Shown piece after piece: positions 53,130 through 64,000 of a DNA stretch of 64,000 bases. The stretch covers positions 56,048,001 to 56,112,000 of the forward strand of contig OX597820.1 of the NCBI GenBank assembly GCA_951406725.2, written 5' to 3'. This DNA comes from Octopus vulgaris. Lineage: Eukaryota. A program made the position numbers and the translations under genes. The notes under the pieces were generated by a model. It was not told the origin of the DNA and searched no databases. It was given only the letters and a program-made list of their open reading frames with translations. Each line of letters opens with the position of its first letter. The stretch's first letter is position 1.

Positions 53130-53796
53130 GGGTGGAGCGAAATGTTGAGTTAGATAATCAATGAAATTGGCTTCCTTGAAACGTTAAAAAGACCTTTCCA
53201 AGAGCGTTTTAGAATCCAGCATCCTTCATACGCGGCACATGAAATTAATTATCTTATTTTTGCGAAATTTATCAATTAGAACATTAATGCTGTGAAAGCT
53301 GAGAGTCTGACGGCGATAACTGCGTTCTAAACGAACACCTGAGTTGATAGAACTGGGAGTTGGAGAGATTCTTGTGAACACACGCTGCTGCCGAAGTATA
53401 TCCTGAAAGATGCAACTGATTCAGTTGTTATAATTATCGTGTTTTTAGACGGACAAAATGCTGAGCGGCATTTCTTCCAGCTCATTACTTTCATGAAGCC
53501 GAGTGTCCTAGTGGTTAATCTGTTACACTCATCATCACCAGATCGTGGGTTCGATTTCCGAACCGGGCAGCGTGTTGTGGTCTTGAGCAAAAAAAAACTT
53601 CGTTTCACGTTGTGCCAGCGCTGTGTGGAGAGACCAGCACGTCAAAGAATGGACACAACGACTACATAGTATGTATGTATGTATGTATGTATGTATGTAT
53701 GTATGTATGTATGTATGTATGTATGTATGTATGTATGTATGTATGTATGTATGTATGTATGTATGTATGTATGTATGTGTGTATGTGCGTGTGCAT

Positions 53797-54797
53797 GCTT
53801 CTTTCTCTTTTTAATTTAGAGTAAACTTTGACCAGCTGTCTACTTGGAAGTAAGGTTGTGAAGGAAATCATCTTTAAATGGTCTTGCAGAGTTTTATAGT
53901 CTCAGATATCGCGATCATTTGTAGCGTATAGATTAAGGGTTTGCGTCCTCTCCCCAAGATCCCAAGCTCAGCCATACTTTGCCCCAGACGGGTTGGTATG
54001 TATCTCGTTGCCCCAATAATAACAGGTATGAAACTGAAAGTGTATCTTATGTACCGGATTTGCAAGCCTCTTATCAATGGTCCATAGATATCCTCTTTCT
54101 CTTGCATTTTTCGGACCACATTGGTGCCCAGGAGGTAGCTGATTTCCACAGCAGAACACATATTTTTCTTTGTGGTCCAACACAACAATATCTAGGAGGT
54201 TGTGTTCTTACTTGGTGGCTGTTTTAATTTTTAAGTTTCACTAATATTCTTTCGACGCACCGATTTATCTCTGTAGGTGTTTTCTTTTTTGTTATCCTGC
54301 TCCAGACTGTTCTGCCACCGCATCATGTCTCATAGGAAAATATCCGGAAGACATTCTCTCACAGTTGGCAATAATGTGCTTGAAATCTTCAATCTTGGTC
54401 TTGTACAGCCTACATTTGTTATGTGTCAGTGTTTACTGCCTTTTATGCATTAAATACTTGGTTGGGGGGGGGGGGTATCTCTTGTTCTTGGGTTGTATCG
54501 ATGTAGCCTTCGAAGGGGTGTGTCATAAACTTTTGGGTACTCCATGCCACGCTTTTTACATGATTAGTCAATTCTATGGTTTGTGTTTTACGTGCCAAGT
54601 AGCCATGTACTATCATTTCAGTGAACTGGTCTATTTTTCATTCTATTGTTCTGATACATTGATATCACCAATGCTCCTTGAGGAAAGATCTGAATGAACT
54701 TTTATTTCATGCCTCTTCTCAAGTTCATTAACTATCCTAATTATGTTGTTGATTTCATGGTCACAAACTTGGTAAAATAGTTACTAGTCTCTTTCTT
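53797..54797 (-). mobile_element. 5'-truncated R4/Dong-like RLE non-LTR retrotransposon
   Basis: FEGYI...QEQEI..TKY, CRLYKTKIEDFKHIIANC..RHDAVA (zinc knuckle and RHD), DIVV..VEIS..EKEDIY..IPVIIGA (RLE domain). Confidence 0.8.
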
Positions 54798-54880
54798 ATG
54801 TATGTATGTATGTATGTATGTATGTATGTATGTATGTATGTATGTATGTATGTATGTATGTATGTATGTATGTATGTATG

Positions 54881-54911
<31 letters not shown>

Positions 54912-54944
54912 GCAAGCAAGCAAGCAAGCTAGCTAGCTAACTAG

Positions 54945-54993
<49 letters not shown>

Positions 54994-56064
54994 CCTTTAA
55001 TATTTATATATAACCAATATCGGAACCAAAATGATGGTATTAGCAGTGAAAGCACAATTATAATCCAAGGAAGGCGCCGAGCTGGCATAATCATTAGCAC
55101 ACCGGGCAAAATGCTTAGCGGTATCTTGTCCATTCACGTTCTGAGTCCAAATTCTGCCGTGGTTGACTTTGTCTTTCATCCTTTCGGAGTCAGTAAAATA
55201 AGTACCAGTTTTGCTGCAGGATCGATGTGATCGACTAGTCCCCTCCCCACAAAATTTCAGGCTTTGTGCTTGTAAGTAGAAAGGATTATACTCCTAAGAT
55301 TAGATCAAGAAAGGATTCGAGGGGAAATACTTTAACAAATTGACGCAAAATACTGTCCCTATGATAGTAAGGGCAAACTGCCAATCACGAAGCGAATTCT
55401 AAAACTCTTCGGAATAAGCAGTCACGGGTTCATCTTCTCGGTACTGTGAAGTTATCTTAGAATTCACTGTCGTGAATATTGCATTTAAAATCTTTGTTAT
55501 ATTAGTGTTTTTTCTTCTTTTGTAATGAGCCATTGTTTTCCAAAATGTAATGCACGGTTTGAACTGAAACACATTATAGTCGCATCTTTTCTTTCTATGG
55601 TGAATTCATTAAGGTTATATTTGAATAATTGAAGTTGAGCTCAGAGATTCAGTGTTCGTCTAACATTTTTTGAACTGTGCAGGCTGAATATTTTTCTCCA
55701 CAAACTAAAGTTTTAGGGTTTTTGTTTGAGAGAATTACTTTTTCTTGCCATTTCTTATTTATTTAATTGTTTTATTCGAGGTCGGAGATTAAGGCCCAGT
55801 TTTAAACATTTATAGCACTTACAGACTTTTGGTCTTTCACCCGTTAATTGACACGATACAATTTTCCTAGATATTTCTCCATTGGAATGCTAAAAGCCTA
55901 CAACAGGAAACAACATTATTTTTTCCCAATCGGAAATTCTCGAAATTAATTATTAGACTATTTCATTATTATATCAGTTTACCCTTAGTTGAAGATAAAA
56001 ACAAAAAGCGCTACTTTTAGAAAAAAAAAAGATTAAAAAGAAAAGTGAAGAGGCTCTCTCTCTC

Positions 56065-56276
56065 TTTTACTCTTTTACTTGTTTCAGTCATTTGACTGCA
56101 GCCATGCTGGAGCACCGCCTTTGGTCGAGCAAATCGACCCCGGGACTTATTCTTTGTAAGCCCAGTACTTATTCTATCGGTCTCTTTTGCCGAACCGCTA
56201 AGTGACGGGGACGTAAACACACCAACATCGGTTGTCAAGCAATGCTAGAGGGACAAACACAGACACACAAACATAT

Positions 56277-56333
<57 letters not shown>

Positions 56334-56494
56334 TACGACAGGCTTCTTTCAGTTACCGTCTACCAAATCCACTCACAAGGCTTTGGTCGGCCCGAGGCTA
56401 TAGCAGAAGACACTTGCCCAAGATGCCACGCAGTGGGACTGAACCCGGAGCCATGTGGTTGGTTAGCAAGCTACTTACCACGCAGCCACTCCTG
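56065..56494 (-). mobile_element. SINE family A (further copies near 12853, 36293, 40255, 41289, 44492, 48610, 52360, 57720, 62883)
   Basis: Reverse complement of the 2514-2905 consensus. Confidence 0.9.
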
Positions 56495-56599
56495 TCGAAG
56501 TCATGAAAATTTGTGACTATCGAACACGAAGCAATTCCCAATTCCAAAAGCCAACATCAAATTAATGTGATTATTCAGCTCAAACATTTCTTCAGTCAC

Positions 56600-57710
56600 C
56601 AGTGATTTAGAGCGCGACATAGAAAAAATATCAGATCGTGGACTTAAAAGTTGATCAATGGCCAAGTAAAATTTACACTGACACACATATCTTGTTAGTA
56701 TGTGTTTCAACATTTAGATTCTGACTTTAGAAAAGTGTTATGTCAAGGAACACCAAGAAAAGTAACACGAGTGTAGAATTTTTCGAACTCTGCCAAATGG
56801 TTAAAAAAAACCTGTTGAGATCATTGCTGGCGTAGTCTTTTTCCAAGGAATTTCTTTACTGTTTTTCATGTACACTATTTTCATACAGAAGTCACTAAAA
56901 GTTTAATTAGAGTATTCGATCGTGAATCCAGTTTAGCTCATGTTTGGAATTGTACACAATAGAAAGAGTTCAAAATTAGGACTGCTCATGGAGACAAAAA
57001 TAAAAGAACAAGAAGCTATTGAAATGAAGAAGTGGAAAGATTTCTTTCAGGAATATTTGACATCATTAGATTGTCAGTTAAATAGAATCTGACTTTTCGA
57101 GGTCACTATGAAATTAATAATGAGATCGACCCGAAACAACGGAAAATAAAGAAATTTTGTTAGAGTTAGTCCATTTGTTGTCAAAATATGACCCAGTATT
57201 GCGTGATCATCTTCTAAGAATCAAGCTGGGAAAAAAGTGTACTATTTCCTGTGTTACCTACTTGTCGGAACGAGTTTATAGAAATTTTGAGCTTGAAGAA
57301 GTAAAGAAGCAAAGCCGTCGAGCGAGTAAAACAAGCTAGTATTTTTCCAATATTTCATACGAAGACCAAACGAGTCGTGTTTTACGTCACGTTATGATCC
57401 ATAGAAATACAGCAAAGATTGTGGGTCATTTTTGGATTAAGTTGAATCAAAAGGTTAACCACCGAGACAAACATGATAATGCTGTTGTGATGGCTGGTTA
57501 GTATTACTAGTGATTTATGATGCAACAAATGAATTAATCGAAAAGTAGAATATACTGTGTGTACAATAGTAAAAACAGAATTTGTCGCTCATACAATCGT
57601 AAAATAGAATTTGTCGTTTTTACAAACCATACACTTAACTTGATATGTGTACACGCAGTTTCCGGTCCTGTAAATACTGTTACCTCTCTTGGAACTGTAG
57701 AATGTTTCTA
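56600..57710 (+). mobile_element. Degenerate hAT (ZMYM1/Tip100-like) transposase
   Basis: LTFRGH, LELVHLLSKYDPVLRDHL, DNAVVMAG, NHTLNLICVHA. Confidence 0.75.
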
Positions 57711-58199
57711 TCTTTTGTCTTTTACTAGTTTCAGTCATTAAATTGCGGCCATACTGGAACGCCTCCTTGAATTTTGTCGAATGAATCGGCCCCCAGGACT
57801 TAGTTTTTTTAAACCTGGTATTTATTATGTCGGGCTCTTTTACCGAACTGCTAGGTTACGGGGGACGCAAACATACCTATCCCGGTTGTCAAGCGGTGGT
57901 GGGTGTACAAACGCAGACACACACACACACATATGACCGGGTTTCTTTCAGTTTCCATATATCAAATCCACTCTCACGGCTTTAGTCGGTCTGAGGGTTT
58001 AGGAGAAGACACTTGCCCAGGGTGCCATGTAATGGGACTGAATCCGGAGCCATGTGTATGGGAAGCAAGCTTCTTACCACACAGCCACACCTCACGTTTT
58101 TTCTTCATCAACCCAATATTGGGATGTCCTGATACCAAACACTAGTCAATGCGTCTACTCTGTGGAGTACAAGGAAAGAAGCTGTGGGTGTTGTGAAAA

Positions 58200-58725
58200 A
58201 AAACCTTTCTCGGTAGAATTTGACCTGAAGAAACAGCTAAAATTTCCAGCTCTTATCATCCAGACAGTACTGAGACTAGATATCATCTTTATTTCCGAGA
58301 CAAGTTAGTTAATCCTATTGGAGTTAACTGTGTTCTGGGAAAAGAGGAGGGAAGAGGCGCAAGAAAAGAAAAGAATTAAATATCAGAAATTGGTGGAGGA
58401 CCACTGCAAGAATGGATGGAAAAACAAGCTGTTTGCCAATGGAGGTTAGCAGACATATTTTCACAGGTCGTATCCTGAGTAAGGCCTGTGAAACTCCCGA
58501 CATAATAGGAATGAAGAAATGTAGAACCAGCAAGAACAACGTAGATACTGCTGAAAAAATATCACGTTGGCTCTGGCTGAAAAGAGATATCGGTAGGGTT
58601 AGTAGAATGACTCTGGGACACAGGCCTGGTCTTGATCATGCTTGGTCATGTCGCTAGTGTGAGGTTGTATGTTGTAAGACTCGAAACATCCAGTAACCCT
58701 GACATACATGACTGACTGTGTATCT
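58200..58725 (+). mobile_element. HERO-clade RLE non-LTR retrotransposon, 3' end
   Basis: DLKKQLKFP..TVLRLDIIFISE..LLELTVFWE..EAQEKKRIKYQKLV..GWKTSCLPMEV..AEKISRWLWLKR, followed by a short 3' UTR. Confidence 0.8.
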
Positions 58726-58975
58726 GAATATTGCTCCCGCTGATGTATGCTGAATAGAGCAGCTAATTGGCGAAGAAGAAAATACAGATACCAGGTGAGG
58801 TATGCTGTTTGGTGCGTTGCCGCTTTTTTCTTTCTGTGCTTTTTTTGACGATGGAGATCCATCTTTCTAGAAATTATAAATACTCAAGCTTCGTTCCAAA
58901 CTAAAGGAATTAACACACAGCAAAATATCAATTTATTCTTGTCTATTAAATCACGTGATACTTGTCATTGCTATA

Positions 58976-59220
58976 TCTATTATATAAAATCCGTTCTGTC
59001 TGTCTGTGTGTGTGCGTGTCTTCTAGGATCTCGGGCATCCTCCATCCGATTGCACTCAAATTTGATATGTAGATACCGACGGTATCAGGGCGTGTATAAG
59101 TCTTGAAAAAAATTACAAAAATCGATTCCAGGTGAGAATGCGATCGATAAAGCCGTGGGAACGTGCATTTGTACGCGCATCGGACAAATTGTTTTGAGAA
59201 AATTTGGTTTAATGTTTGAC
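58976..59220 (+). mobile_element. Non-autonomous Helitron-like 5' fragment
   Basis: A|TCTATTATATAAA start, (CTGT)n(GT)n, ccgatt-cactcaaatttg motif. No CTAG 3' end seen. Confidence 0.55.
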
Positions 59221-61018
59221 AACTCAGCACCGTCCATTGGACGGGGGGCGGGACGTTTTACTCGTGTATTAATTTAGGTATCGTTTGTGAAATCGTATGC
59301 ACTATAATTCTTTCTACTATAGGCACAAGGCCTGGAAATTTGGGAAAGGGGCTTTAGTCTGCTGTGTCTGCTTATACATTTCTTTTCGTCTCAGTGGAAT
59401 TTTATGTAAATTTATTTTCCTTTGAGATCAACAAATACGTGAATTAAAAATAATAAAAGTTGAAATAAAGCTGTCCCCTACTTCAGTGTTTCATGTATTA
59501 TTATTATTATTGATTTGACTAAAGTACGTTATTATTCCTAGCAGAATTTATGTGGGTAGCAGGTTACTACCTGTAATCTTACGTATCCACAAGCTTTCAA
59601 TAGTCTTTCAAGTGCTTAAAACCCTCCTGATAATCTTTCCTATCCCAAAGACGCAAAATTTCTGTAGAAGTTCTACAGGAATTTTATTCTTATTTCCTTC
59701 AACCATTTGTTTACGTCTTTAATCACAATTCCCAATGAACAATATTATTACTGTTGTTATTGTTGTTGCTGTCTTCTTCTTCTTAATTCTTCTTCTTCTT
59801 CTTCTTCTTCTTCTTCTTCTTCTTCTTCTTCTTCTTCTTCTTCTTCACACTCATTAGCCACAAAGTATAATCTCTAATTCGAACCTACTTTAAGCTACTA
59901 AGAATGCGTGCGGCAACTTTCGACCGCGAGTCCGCTGCCTTAACCACTGGGCCATTGCGCCTCCAATGTTGTTGCTGTTGTTGTTGTTGTTGTTGTTGTT
60001 GTTAAGGCAGCGAGGTGGCAGAATCGTTAGCACACCGAGCTATATGCTTAGCGGCATGTCGTCTGTGTTTATGTTCTGAACTTTACCCTTCGACTTTACC
60101 CTTCATCATTTCGCAATCGATGAAATAAGTACCAGTGCCAACAGTAGAAAGAATTATTAGTATTGTTGTTGTTGTTGTTGTTGTTGCTAAGACGGGAGCT
60201 GGCTGAATCGTTAGCCTGTCGGACAAAATGCTTAGGAGTAATTTCTCCCGGCTCTGTGCTTTCAGTTCAAATCCCGCCGAGTTCGCCTTCTTTGCCTTTT
60301 ATCTTTTCGGAGTCGATAAAATGAGTGCCATTTGGAAACGGGGTCAATGTAATCGACCATCTCTCGCTCTTTAACATTCCTGGCCTTATGCCAAAATTTG
60401 GAATCGTTATTATTGTGTTCGTAAGAGGAAGATATCGTCTTGGAGCTCGTAAGTTGTTGTTAGATTTTGTTTCGAAGAATTTTATTTTGATTTTCGCTGA
60501 ACCATTTTGTCATGAAGCCAATCTCAATCCTGTGAGGCCAGTTGGCTTTTTGAACATTTCGCCATCTCGGTGCGAATTTTGTAACTTCTAAGAGCAAAGT
60601 TGTAACTTTTGGAAGTAAAGTGATTTTTTTCCCTTCATTTTTCAAGATAAAAGGAAAACAAAAGCAGCCATATATCTTCTTAAAATGGAAGGAAGAGATG
60701 GCGTTTGGATAAGCCATTATGAAAAATAGTTTCTCACCACTGTCTGCTACAATTAACAGAGAATCTATGAATAACAAAAGTAATGACGACAACAACAAAA
60801 GCACAAAGGAAATAAAGCTTGAAAACAACACAGCCATCACACCTCACACCACTACAAATATTAGTAACAAGAAGAAGAGCAGCAGCAGCAGCAGCAAATG
60901 AATAAGACAGATGAATATGGAAACAAATCTTTGCTAATACTCTTGAATCAGAGCCTAACAAGTATTCTAAAACAGAATCTATGCATAGTTCACATACTGC
61001 TACTTTGCTTCTGAATTA

Positions 61019-61087
<69 letters not shown>

Positions 61088-61352
61088 TAATTCTCCATTG
61101 TACTAATTCTGTTTAGTGTTAGTTCATGTAAACAATAATCATTGCAATATCTATTTATCATGTCGCTTCAAGCTATATTTTATTGAGAGAACAGCTCTAA
61201 GTGTTTGAAGTTATATCGCATTTCTCAACTTTATTTTGATAGCATTCATGCTGCTTTTGAATTAGATAACATTTCAATTAGATAATATTAAACATTTGAA
61301 TTACACATTCTCCTGAGGAATTTCTTCCAATAGCATCTTTGTAATAATAATG

Positions 61353-61682
61353 ATCTTTCTATTATAGGCACAAGATCTGAACATTTGGGGAAGGGAGCTA
61401 GTCAGCTACATCAACCCCAGTGATCAAATTGTAATTATTTAATCGACCCCGAAAGGATAAAAGGCAAAGTTGACCTCGGCGGAATTTGAACTCAAAACGT
61501 AGCAACGGGTGAAATACCTATTTCTTTACTACCCACAACGGGCTAAACACAGAGAGGACAAACAAGGACAGACAAGAGGATTAAGTCGATTATACCGACC
61601 CCAGTGCGTAACTGGTACTTATTTAATCGACCCCGAAAGGATAAAAGGCAAAGTTGACCTCGGCGGAATTTGAACTCAGAAC
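61353..61682 (-). mobile_element. SINE family C dimer
   Basis: Two body units with the same junction as 4431-4460. Confidence 0.8.
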
Positions 61683-61849
61683 AATAACAGTAATGGTTAT
61701 GACAACGTTTTTCAAAAAATCAAGTAACAAAGTTACCACCAGCAACAACAATATAAGAGACAACAACAATAACAACAGCAGCAACAACAACAGCAATAGC
61801 AGTAGCAACAAGAATAATAACCACAAAAGTATCGGTGCGACTCCGCAAG

Positions 61850-62400
61850 CCGAAAAGTTTTACTGGAATGGCTGGGAAATGAGCATAATACTTCTCGCTC
61901 TTCCGAAACGGCAAGGAGGCACACATGATACAGGTGAAACGGACTGTGAAGGTGAGTAGGGGAGGCTAGAAGTTGCCATTCTAGCTGAGGTATTGGCGAC
62001 AACTGTCTAAAAGAAGGTGATATATATACTAAAATGCGACTCTGAAGCAGCGACACACATCTTGTTGGAAAAACCCCTGAAAAATATGGGTTGATATAAA
62101 TAATTTGGTGGGTGTTTGCCTGTGTTATTCTGGAAGACAGTGACATCCTCCTCGGCGTGAAAGGAAAGGGTTGGGAGTTTTGGCTTGGGACCACAGAGGA
62201 AACCCACCTCTATATCAAAACAAAGGTAATGTAAAAGATCCCAGAGTGTATCTGTCTGCCTCAATACAATGAAGCTGTGTGTTGCAATTGAGGGCTGAAG
62301 GCCAGGATGTTACTTGTGTGTGGTGAAAGGCCACTGCATTTTTGCCGTAAAAAAAAAACACAGAGAGAAGGCTCCCACTACTGCCAACACTACAGCCCCA
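61850..62400 (+). mobile_element. Degenerate L1/Tx1-type ORF1 (gag-knuckle) remnant
   Basis: KLCVAIEG*RPGCYLCVVKGH at about 62272-62335 matches VEGRRP-CX2CX4H. Confidence 0.5.
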
Positions 62401-63047
62401 ACAACAGTAGCAGCTAAGTGAACAAGAACAACATTAGCAGCACCAACATTAACAACAACAGCAACAGCAAGAACGACGCCACAGCAACTGAGCGAAAACC
62501 AACCATACAGGAAAATTACCAACCTAATTCTCTCTCTCCCTCCTCTTTCAAATAAGCACACTCGTGGACACACGGAAACATACTTCTAACCTCACACGCA
62601 GGGGATTTTTCTGGCTTTGAAATATCATGTTGCGAGGAGAGACAACAGAGTAATGAAAAAAAAACAAAAAAAGGCAACGGAGGGGCGATTGCATACTTTG
62701 CTCGCATATTATTTTCGCGAAAACGTTAAAATACGGGTTGGCAAAGAAACTTGAATGTTATTTTAGAGAGTTTGGAATTAAAATTAAGAAAGAATAACAT
62801 AAAATGAAGATTCTTCTCCAATTTTTCACTGAGAAATCATGCATGCTAAAAAAAAACCAAAAAAAAACCAACAATAAAAACATAGGCGTAGGCGTGGCTG
62901 TGTGGTAAGAAGCTTGCTTCCCAACCACATGGTTCCGGATTCAGAACCTTGGGTAAGTGACTTCTACTATAACCTCGGGCCGATCAAAGCCTTGTGAGTG
63001 GATTTGGTAGACGGAAACTGAAAGAAGCCCGTCGTATATATACATAC

Positions 63048-63094
<47 letters not shown>

Positions 63095-64000
63095 TACATA
63101 CATATATACGTGCGTATGTTTGTGTGTCCCCCACCATTGCTTGACAACCGCTGTTGGTGTGCTTTCGTCCGTCCCCGTAACTTAGCAGTTCAGTAAAAGA
63201 GACCGATAGAATAAGTACTAAGTTTACAAAGAATAAGTCTTGGGGTCAATTTTTTCGATTAAAGGCGGTGCTCCAGCATGGACGCAGTCAAATGCCTGAA
63301 GAATTTAAATAGTTTTACAGTGAAATGCTAAAATACGAGTTGACGGAAAGTTCAGCATACATTTTGCATATGACTAAATAAATGAGTATTCAAATAATAA
63401 TCATAACTATGAATAATCATGACCATGAATAATCATAATTATGAAAAAAAAAAAGTGAACAAAATGAAATCATTATAGAAAATTTTACAACGTCATTCAA
63501 TGATGGCCAGTGAATCAAACGTACTGTGTAGTTCGTTGTAGGATATAAATAGTATGATCACTTGCTTATCGGGAAACTTGTAAGTTCGGTTAAAATTTCT
63601 TTTTTAAAGTATTACCATTAAAGCTATTTATACTCTACTCTTTTACTCGTTTCATGCCATCCAACTGCTTTGAAGGGACCTAGATAGACAGACATTGTTC
63701 AATGTTTTGTTTGGTTTAGACCACTAGATGAACTAGTCTCACCCAGAAATGGGCTGAGAGAAACTACTTCTGAAGGGCAAGCCGAGGTGACGAACGCTTA
63801 CATTACATCCGACATTTATTATCGCTTGACCTCGTTTCATTGCTGACCATAGTGAAGCATTTACTCTTCTGTTTTCTGTGGAGGTGTGTGCTTTTCTGGT
63901 CAGACGGTCTATCTGCTCTCATCAACCGCTGCATGGAGGAATGGGTTTGTGACTGGTGATGCGCAGAGACTACGGCATTGCCAGCGTTACTTTGACGGCA

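Noticed and set aside
60420-60990. Second host gene (ORFs 60460-60840 and 60719-60901)
   Set aside because: Low-complexity, no recognisable domain. NSFSPL resembles LINE ORF1 linkers, so a TE remnant is more likely.

Overview
AT-rich eukaryotic DNA saturated with microsatellites and transposable elements. The SINE/RTE repeat content suggests a cephalopod, probably Octopus (inference). The only host gene I can support is a class I Rab11 family-interacting protein (RAB11FIP1/2/5, Rip11-like) on the minus strand: a 31-nt first coding exon (50723-50693, MWNPTHVQFT + GTAAGA donor) next to a CpG-rich promoter region. I found no C2-domain exon 2, so positions 1-50692 look like one intron of more than 50 kb. 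This intron is visibly CpG-depleted, whereas CpGs are retained to the right of about 48.5 kb. The rest of the window is repeats: more than 25 copies of modular tRNA-derived SINEs, RTE, CR1/L2, HERO and R4/Dong-like non-LTR remnants, Tc1, mariner, maT, hAT, Merlin-like and piggyBac-like DNA elements, and a Helitron-like fragment. The most notable signals are (1) at least seven hammerhead-ribozyme-like motifs in Penelope-like fold-back fragments, several with unusually long stem II, (2) an RLE retrotransposon embedded in a (CATA)n array, (3) a GC-rich young CR1 nested in a SINE, and (4) a mariner with an internal inversion. Nearly all supplied ORFs are microsatellite artefacts.
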